NCBI GenBank assembly: GCA_048882385.1
Contig: JBHLRQ010000055.1
Coordinates: 1-14,254, forward strand
DNA length: 14,254 nt
DNA from: Candidatus Thorarchaeota archaeon
GTDB lineage: Archaea; Asgardarchaeota; Thorarchaeia; Thorarchaeales; Thorarchaeaceae
Direction of reading: 5' to 3'
Position 1 is the first letter of the stretch. Every line of letters starts with the position of its first letter. Below are positions 8,791-14,254 of this stretch, one piece after another. Under the pieces are notes generated by a model. The model searched no databases, was not told where the DNA came from, and saw only the letters and a list, made by a program, of their open reading frames with translations. Made by a program: the position numbers and the translations under genes.

Positions 8791-9240
8791 TTATTCCTTG
8801 TAACAACCAGTGTTTCCTTCACTCTCACTAACACAGACCTTTACCTTGAAGTCCTCTGGAAAGTCCAAGTGTTCATGTATATACTGAGCAAGGAATTCAG
8901 CAGATGTCGCCTTTGTGGGTATTAGCACACAGTCTTCATCAGGGAAGACGTATCGCTTCTCACCAACTGTAACTTCGATGAACCCTTCGGACTTGCTAAC
9001 GTTGATGGTCTTTGAATCTCGAGGTAACAACACTTTATGATCTAGAGTCTTGCAAATATCGAGAGCCTTTGATTTTACCAGTCTAAAATCATAGACCATC
9101 CCATCATCGTTCAATGGTCCTGTGACTTTTATTGTCAGTGAATAATTATGACCGTGAAGGTTCTCTATTTCACCCTCACTTTTTAGAAAGTGTGAAGCAC
9201 TAAAGTGCATCCGTTGATCTTTTACATATATACTATACAA
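8791..9240 (-). CDS. 6-pyruvoyl-tetrahydropterin synthase/QueD family (COG0720) protein, PTPS-III-type ExxHGH motif
   Basis: FSASH...ENLHGHNY...DF...LDH...TSAE motifs. Start TTG 9240 lies 7 nt after GGAGG. Adjacent to and co-oriented with the GTP cyclohydrolase. Confidence 0.88.
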   Translation of the reverse strand: MYSIYVKDQRMHFSASHFLKSEGEIENLHGHNYSLTIKVTGPLNDDGMVYDFRLVKSKALDICKTLDHKVLLPRDSKTINVSKSEGFIEVTVGEKRYVFPDEDCVLIPTKATSAEFLAQYIHEHLDFPEDFKVKVCVSESEGNTGCYKE

Positions 9241-9304
9241 TAGATAGCCTCCAGGTACTAATCTGGCTACCAACAGGAGTATATGTAAAACTGTCGGAAG
9301 TGCA

Positions 9305-11062
9305 CTATTGATTAGTTCCACGTTGTCGCTCGAAGGCTTCAATCAAGTCGTCTACGGTTGTTGCTTGAGTTGGGTCTTTATCATCTCGCCATCGACCAGT
9401 AAATCGCGGAAATCGAATTGCTAGTCCACTATCCTTCAAGTATTGTCTTCCAGCAGGATGTGTTGGACTTTTAGTTATTTCATCACCAAGAACTTCAATG
9501 ACCTTGACTGGTTCGAACCAGACGTCAGCATTCATATCCGATATTACCTTTGCATGTTTATTTTCAATCTTGAACTCGTCAAGGCGTTCCTTGAACTCAA
9601 CCAACACGTCATCAGTAAAACCAGTACCAATCTTACAAACAGTTGGATATGTATCATTATTTTGGTCATAGACAGCAGCTAGAAATGCCCCATAGAGACC
9701 AGCCCTCTTCCCACGACCATGAATTGCACCAACAAGCACCAAATCTGCAGAGTCTGCAAGACCTTCTGTGTATGATGCCTTCAGCTTAATCCAAAGCCAG
9801 CTTCTTGAGCCAGCCTGATAGGTTGAGTCCTTGTGGACAGCCTTAGCAATAACACCTTCATGACCTGAGCTGATAGATTCTTCAAATATCTCTTGGAGTC
9901 TCTCTGGGTCTTCTGTCAATTCTGCTGTTGTGAGCTGGACTCGGTCAGTTACCTCTATTGTTTTCTCTAACAGATCTCTTCGCTTCAACATAGATTCTGA
10001 TGTGACGTCTTCTCCATTGAGATAGAGAATATCAAAAAGAAAAATCGCCACAGGAACTTCTTTTCTTGTAGCTTCGATTTCTGTCTTTCTTCGTCGCCTC
10101 ATTAGTTCTTGGAATGGTCGCATATCGCCTGTTTCAGGATCTATTGCTACACACTCACCCTCCATGACACAAGTATCTGCTTTCACATGTTCGATGACTA
10201 GGTGTACCACATCAGGATATTGCTCAGTGATGACTTCTTGTCGTCGAGAAAAGAGAATTACCTCTTTTCCGTTCTTATGGATTTGGACTCGTTCACCATC
10301 ATACTTGTTCTCTACGAGTGCTTTTCCACCAGCCTTCTCAATTATCTCAGAAGGTGTTGAAAGCTTCTTTGCAGCCATCATTCTGATGGGAACACCAACC
10401 TCAGTCTTTATAGATCTCACCGCATCTATTCCATGGTTTGCAAGTACTGATGCCACTCTACTTAGATCACTACAAACATTGAATGCATTCTCAATCTCGC
10501 CTCGAGAGTCTCTACTCCCGGTGAAGGCTGTTGCCAATGCATCAATGAGCCCCATATCTCCTAGGCCAAGACGAAGAGAACCGGTGACAGTTCTAAGAAT
10601 GTATCGGGCTTCGATTGGTGCGGCATCAGTTAGCAATCCAACAAGTTTGGAAATCTTGGTTTTACTACTTCCAGACCCTGACAAATTTGCAGTCTGATCC
10701 AAGACATCATAAACGTAGTCTACTGTAAGGTCTTCTGCAAACAAAGTTGCTTGAGCACTCTCCAGCAATAAATGCTCAGCTGTGCTCCCAATATCTCCAG
10801 TCTTCTGTAGGATTTTCTTCACATCTCCCTCAGAAACTGATGCCGCAGAAGCTACAACTTGAACAGCCATCTTCTCTGCGATTCCAATCTCAGGTTGGCT
10901 TTTCCAATCAGGATGCAGCTTGCCCATTGTGAGAGATATTATCTCTCCTATTTCTGAAGAATCGGCTCTTGACAGAAGCTCTGAGAACAGTTGTATTTTA
11001 TCAAGAGTTCCACTTGTGTTCTCGATATTATCATATGCTTGAGCCAAGATTTCGTAAAGCAA
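9305..11062 (-). CDS. lig: ATP-dependent DNA ligase (archaeal)
   Basis: Motif I ENKYDGER, III EGE, IIIa FDILY, IV EGVIAK, V WIKLK, VI IRFPRF, with an N-terminal DNA-binding domain (LRLG). Probable start TTG 11062 after GGAGTGA. Confidence 0.97.
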   Translation of the reverse strand: MLYEILAQAYDNIENTSGTLDKIQLFSELLSRADSSEIGEIISLTMGKLHPDWKSQPEIGIAEKMAVQVVASAASVSEGDVKKILQKTGDIGSTAEHLLLESAQATLFAEDLTVDYVYDVLDQTANLSGSGSSKTKISKLVGLLTDAAPIEARYILRTVTGSLRLGLGDMGLIDALATAFTGSRDSRGEIENAFNVCSDLSRVASVLANHGIDAVRSIKTEVGVPIRMMAAKKLSTPSEIIEKAGGKALVENKYDGERVQIHKNGKEVILFSRRQEVITEQYPDVVHLVIEHVKADTCVMEGECVAIDPETGDMRPFQELMRRRRKTEIEATRKEVPVAIFLFDILYLNGEDVTSESMLKRRDLLEKTIEVTDRVQLTTAELTEDPERLQEIFEESISSGHEGVIAKAVHKDSTYQAGSRSWLWIKLKASYTEGLADSADLVLVGAIHGRGKRAGLYGAFLAAVYDQNNDTYPTVCKIGTGFTDDVLVEFKERLDEFKIENKHAKVISDMNADVWFEPVKVIEVLGDEITKSPTHPAGRQYLKDSGLAIRFPRFTGRWRDDKDPTQATTVDDLIEAFERQRGTNQ

Positions 11063-11097
11063 AGACTCACTCCCATATTTTATGGCCCACCACATGC

Positions 11098-11105
11098 TTT
11101 ATAAA
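11098..11105. promoter_or_regulatory. Palindromic TATA box (TTTATAAA) between divergent lig and rps17e
   Basis: Matches the archaeal TATA consensus on both strands, ~36 nt from the lig start and ~49 nt from the rps17e start. Confidence 0.5.
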
Positions 11106-11153
11106 CTCAATCTGGGGCACACCGGCATTCACAGATTACTCGGTGAGTAGAAA

Positions 11154-11402
11154 TTGGGTAGTGTAAGACCTCGATACATAAAGAACGCGGCAAAGAACCT
11201 GTTGGCTCTTTACCCGGATACATTTACAGATGATTTTGAAACTAACAAGAGATTGGTTGAACAGCTCACTGATGTAAAGACGAAAACTGTCCGTAACCGA
11301 ATTGCTGGTTACTTGGTACGACTCATTAAGATTGGAATTGCCAGGGAAGAAGCTGAAGCACTAGAACCCGGTGAAGAAGTCATAGACGATATGGAGATGT
11401 AA
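11154..11402 (+). CDS. rps17e: 30S ribosomal protein S17e (eS17)
   Basis: MGSVRPRYIK...LLALYPDTFTDDFETNKRLV...KTVRNRIAGY is the canonical eS17 signature. TTG start with GGTGA SD. Confidence 0.97.
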   Translation: MGSVRPRYIKNAAKNLLALYPDTFTDDFETNKRLVEQLTDVKTKTVRNRIAGYLVRLIKIGIAREEAEALEPGEEVIDDMEM

Positions 11403-11480
11403 ATCTCTCTTCCAATCTTCTCATCCACTCATCTTCAGTGGCACAAAGGTATCATAAGGAGGATTGCCTAATCATTCAGT

Positions 11481-12518
11481 ATGAAGGATTGGCAGAACCT
11501 GATCCTGTATGGCGATTGTCTTAACGCCATTAGAAAATACCATGATTCCCTCAAAGGACAGGTTCGCCTCATCTATATTGATCCACCTTTCTTCTCAGGA
11601 ACAGATTACACATTGAAGACACGATCAAGTGGAGATAGTAGTTCTGCAGGTATGCTGAAAGAAGAAAACACGTACAGTGACAAATGGGAGGGAGGTCTTG
11701 AAGAATATCTAGATTTTATGAAATCAAGACTTGAAGCTATGAGATCTCTTCTCAAAGAAGATGGGTCACTCTGGGTTCATGTTGACTGGCATGTTTCACA
11801 TTATATTAAGGTCATTCTTGATGATGTGTTCGGATATTCAAATTTCGTAAATGAAATAGTGTGGAAGCGTACCAATAGTCCAAAATCGCAAAGTAAGGGA
11901 TTTGGAAGTCAACATGATGTCATCCTACTTTATGCCGCTGATGCTTCGAAGTTTAGTACAAATCAAGTTTACAAAGCTCATAATGAAAAATCTCTGAAAC
12001 CCTATAGTTACGAAGATGAAATTGGAAGATTCCGGCTCATAGAGATTGAAGCTCAAGGTATTCAAAGGACTGAGAAACGCAAACAGTTTGAATGGAGAGG
12101 TCGAAAAGCACCCTATCTCTATCGAAAGGAAACTCTAGATGATTGGTGGGAGAAGGGACTCATCTACACAAGCAAGAATGGAAGATACACAAAGAAACAG
12201 TATCTTGCAGATATTCCAGGAATTCCTGTTTCTGATCTATGGATTGATATTCCTCCTGTCCAAGGATTGTCAAAAGAAAATACTGGATTTCTAACACAAA
12301 AACCCGAAGCATTGCTGGAGAGGATCATTGAATCAGCATCAGACGAAGGTGATCTCGTTGCAGATTTCTTTTCAGGATCTGGAACAACAGCTATTGCGGC
12401 AATTGCTACTGGACGTCGTTGGATTCTTTGTGATTCATCTGAAACTGCCATTACTGTTACAAGAGAGAGAATTGGGAGAATGCAAGACCAGACTCTGTAC
12501 AATGTGATAAATATATGA
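11481..12518 (+). CDS. Site-specific DNA methyltransferase, N6-adenine/N4-cytosine family, beta class (Mod-like)
   Basis: Catalytic IYIDPPF precedes the SAM-binding DFFSGSGTT. Also contains NEIVWKR, HDVILLY and TQKPEALLERII. Confidence 0.92.
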   Translation: MKDWQNLILYGDCLNAIRKYHDSLKGQVRLIYIDPPFFSGTDYTLKTRSSGDSSSAGMLKEENTYSDKWEGGLEEYLDFMKSRLEAMRSLLKEDGSLWVHVDWHVSHYIKVILDDVFGYSNFVNEIVWKRTNSPKSQSKGFGSQHDVILLYAADASKFSTNQVYKAHNEKSLKPYSYEDEIGRFRLIEIEAQGIQRTEKRKQFEWRGRKAPYLYRKETLDDWWEKGLIYTSKNGRYTKKQYLADIPGIPVSDLWIDIPPVQGLSKENTGFLTQKPEALLERIIESASDEGDLVADFFSGSGTTAIAAIATGRRWILCDSSETAITVTRERIGRMQDQTLYNVINI

Positions 12519-12588
12519 GAATCTCCATTCGAAATGAACAACCTTATCCGTCTTTAGTACTATATGGAATATATAGGAGATTTCAGAT

Positions 12589-12813
12589 TTGTCTGTAATA
12601 TTTGGAGTTTTGATATTTGGAATCTGCATAGGAATCTATCTCTATTTCAGACTCTCTGGCCGAATCCAAACCGAACCTGCAAAAATTACTCGGAAAGAAA
12701 CAAGTTCGGAGAAGCTATTTCATTCAAAAGCTGAGGATGTAGCTTTCTTTGATGGTGAATCTGAAGACTATGCCGAAGCGCAGTCTCGCATAAGACAATA
12801 TGGTGGTGCATAG
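12589..12813 (+). CDS. Small single-TM hypothetical protein
   Basis: TTG start with upstream AGGAG. N-terminal hydrophobic helix VIFGVLIFGICIGIYLYF followed by a charged tail. Fills the gap and ends 5 nt from the convergent gene's stop. Confidence 0.55.
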   Translation: MSVIFGVLIFGICIGIYLYFRLSGRIQTEPAKITRKETSSEKLFHSKAEDVAFFDGESEDYAEAQSRIRQYGGA

Positions 12814-12818
12814 AAGAC

Positions 12819-13892
12819 TTAATCCATCCAGACCGGCTCATGAGAATCTGTCGTTTCCTTGAAAACATCCCCCATTGCGTTTTTGTCCCATCTTCTCATA
12901 ACAAAATAGACCACCATGCCAATTAGAATTGCCACAGCGAAGGGAGCATAGATTAGAAACATGTTATAGTACGGAAAGTAGCCAAATCCTACAGTCAAGA
13001 AGAACAATATGATTCCAATGGGTATTGTAACAATCGTACCCACACCTAGTCTTCGGGAAGCACGTCTCTTTTTCTCCCACTCTCTCACACCCCAGATTAC
13101 AGTCTGCATTTCCTCTTCATTCAAGGGTGAACCTCGTTCGACCTCTACTTTTGCCACTTGTGGATGCATTCCATAGACGTCTGTAACTCGTAAGAACGCT
13201 GGTTCATGTCTCCAAAATGCCCCCTTGATGATTAGGGCAAGGAAGAATGGAAAGAAGAAGTTATACAGGAGTGAGGAAAAAAGGCTGGCTATTATATAAA
13301 GTCCAAGCACATCAATCATTGAAAGCATGGAGATCACAACAGGGACCAGAATCAATCCAGATGTATAGGTTAGAACAAGGAGTAGAACTAGGGAGCCTAC
13401 ATAGTCACCGAACCATGGTTTTCGAGGCATTCTCGCCAGATGGAAAGCTAGGAGGACTTCACCAGCCTCAGACCTGTTCAACATAAGCTCTGTCATGGGT
13501 TCAGAAACAATTACTGCGCTAAAAACAGGATTGAAAGTGGAGGTGATGAATGGATCTTTGCTCTGACGAATCCACACTTGTGCATTAGAGGGAACCAAGA
13601 TTTTTTGATGGACACGACCAATCAATTCATGAAATGATGGATTTGTTGGTGGATTTTTGTATAGAACACTCAGAATCAGAAGAAACACAAAATAAAGCAA
13701 AGTCCCGATGGATAGTATCAGTAGAAAGGGTCCGAGTTGCAATGTATATAGACTTGAATATCCAAAGAAGACATAGATAATTCCTGAGAGAGGCAAAGCA
13801 ACGAGCGCTACAAATATCGCAAGAACTCCTCTCGAGATCATGGCAACTCGTGTGCCAAACCATTTTACCAACCTACTTGAGCTCGTGCTCAT
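12819..13892 (-). CDS. Polytopic membrane protein, M48/HtpX-like fold with degenerate zinc site
   Basis: About 6 TM segments. VWIRQSKDPFITSTF...AVIVSEPMTELM...EVLLAFHLARM follows the HtpX layout but has FHLAR in place of HExxH. ATG with AGGTG SD. Confidence 0.7.
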   Translation of the reverse strand: MSTSSSRLVKWFGTRVAMISRGVLAIFVALVALPLSGIIYVFFGYSSLYTLQLGPFLLILSIGTLLYFVFLLILSVLYKNPPTNPSFHELIGRVHQKILVPSNAQVWIRQSKDPFITSTFNPVFSAVIVSEPMTELMLNRSEAGEVLLAFHLARMPRKPWFGDYVGSLVLLLVLTYTSGLILVPVVISMLSMIDVLGLYIIASLFSSLLYNFFFPFFLALIIKGAFWRHEPAFLRVTDVYGMHPQVAKVEVERGSPLNEEEMQTVIWGVREWEKKRRASRRLGVGTIVTIPIGIILFFLTVGFGYFPYYNMFLIYAPFAVAILIGMVVYFVMRRWDKNAMGDVFKETTDSHEPVWMD

Positions 13893-13925
13893 CCCGCCAC
13901 CTGTTTGTCTAACACCTCTGAAGCG

Positions 13926-13931
13926 TTATAA
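13926..13931 (-). promoter_or_regulatory. Putative TATA box (TTATAA) for the 13892 gene
   Basis: TTATAA 34 nt upstream of the ATG, preceded on the minus strand by A-rich CAAACAAG (BRE-like). Confidence 0.4.
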
Positions 13932-13966
13932 CTTGTTTGTTAGTAAAAACCGAGACCTATCCAACC

Positions 13967-14029
13967 AAAAGAAAAAAAGAGAGAATGCACCAGTGAAAGC
14001 TCCGCAATCGATACCGATGCTCACTGGTG
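13967..14029 (-). terminator. Stem-loop plus pyrimidine/U-tract, putative terminator of the sdh/frd transcript
   Basis: Perfect 9-bp inverted repeat CACCAGTGA (13988-13996)/TCACTGGTG (14021-14029), followed on the minus strand by TTCTCTCTTTTTTTCTTTT. Confidence 0.5.
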
Positions 14030-14139
14030 TTTATACTGATGAATTGGAAGAACTGTCTAAGTCGCTAAGACTAGCATTTCTGAAAGTTAAGGATCACTTG
14101 GTTGAGGAGGCATTTCTATCCAAATGAGCTTTTCAAGTA

Positions 14140-14254
14140 TTATTGCAAGTCCTTGATCTTTCTTATCGCACCCCCCGGAGCAACTCCCTTTGGACATGCT
14201 TTTACACAGTTCATTATCAGGTCACAAAGAGGAGCTCCTTCGGGTTGCTTCGCA
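14140..14254 (-). CDS. sdhB: 3' end of succinate dehydrogenase/fumarate reductase iron-sulfur subunit (partial)
   Basis: Manual translation ...AKQPEGAPLCDLIMNCVKACPKGVAPGGAIRKIKDLQ*. The Cx5Cx3CPKG...P..AI pattern is the third Fe-S cluster motif at the SdhB/FrdB C-terminus. Stop TAA at 14140-14142. Confidence 0.85.
   Translation of the reverse strand, partial: AKQPEGAPLCDLIMNCVKACPKGVAPGGAIRKIKDLQ

Noticed and set aside
9241-9342. N-terminal extensions making PTPS overlap the ligase (and 8760-8834 making mptA overlap PTPS)
   Set aside because: Family homology begins downstream, where SD-preceded TTG/GTG starts exist. The extensions are longest-ORF artefacts.
10164-10697. 177-aa plus-strand ORF and the other short antisense ORFs in the track (e.g. 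2597-2890, 6124-6387, 12164-12541)
   Set aside because: They lie antisense within well-supported genes and show no motifs; shadow ORFs.
12516-12557. UGA read-through (selenocysteine) at the methyltransferase stop, and likewise at the paralog B stop (4356)
   Set aside because: Both proteins are complete at the UGA, the read-through peptides are short and featureless, and no Cys-equivalent context is present.
13840-13992. 5' part of the 95-aa plus-strand ORF 13840-14127
   Set aside because: It overlaps the start and promoter of the opposite-strand gene and runs through an A-tract. Only the 3' portion is plausible.
13988-14029. SECIS element (plus-strand stem with GAA bulge followed by three pairs)
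   Set aside because: The base opposite GAA is C, not the A of the methanococcal SECIS. There is no AUGA/GA quartet of the Asgard/eukaryotic type, and no in-frame UGA selenoprotein on that strand in the window.
14036-14083. C/D box sRNA (TGATGA ... CTGA)
   Set aside because: Internal D'/C' boxes are poor, the span is short and no rRNA/tRNA target was recognisable. Not supportable without a search.

Overview
Archaeal genomic window, most consistent with an Asgard archaeon (Thorarchaeia-like; inferred from gene content and style, not from a search). The left half holds a minus-strand tandem array of two complete giant paralogous single-pass membrane proteins, plus the signal-peptide-like start of a possible third gene at the edge. 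Each has a sequon-rich beta-sandwich/Ig-like ectodomain, one TM helix and a cytoplasmic longin-like domain followed by a small helical (winged-helix-like) domain. This receptor-like 'Ig-TM-longin' pair is the most notable element. The right half is mostly housekeeping: a GTP cyclohydrolase IB/MptA family gene, a COG0720 pterin synthase with the Cys-less ExxHGH (PTPS-III-type) motif, ATP-dependent DNA ligase, ribosomal protein S17e, an apparently orphan beta-class DNA methyltransferase, a small membrane protein, a probably catalytically dead M48/HtpX-like membrane protein, a stem-loop/U-tract intergenic region and the 3' end of an SdhB/FrdB iron-sulfur subunit.
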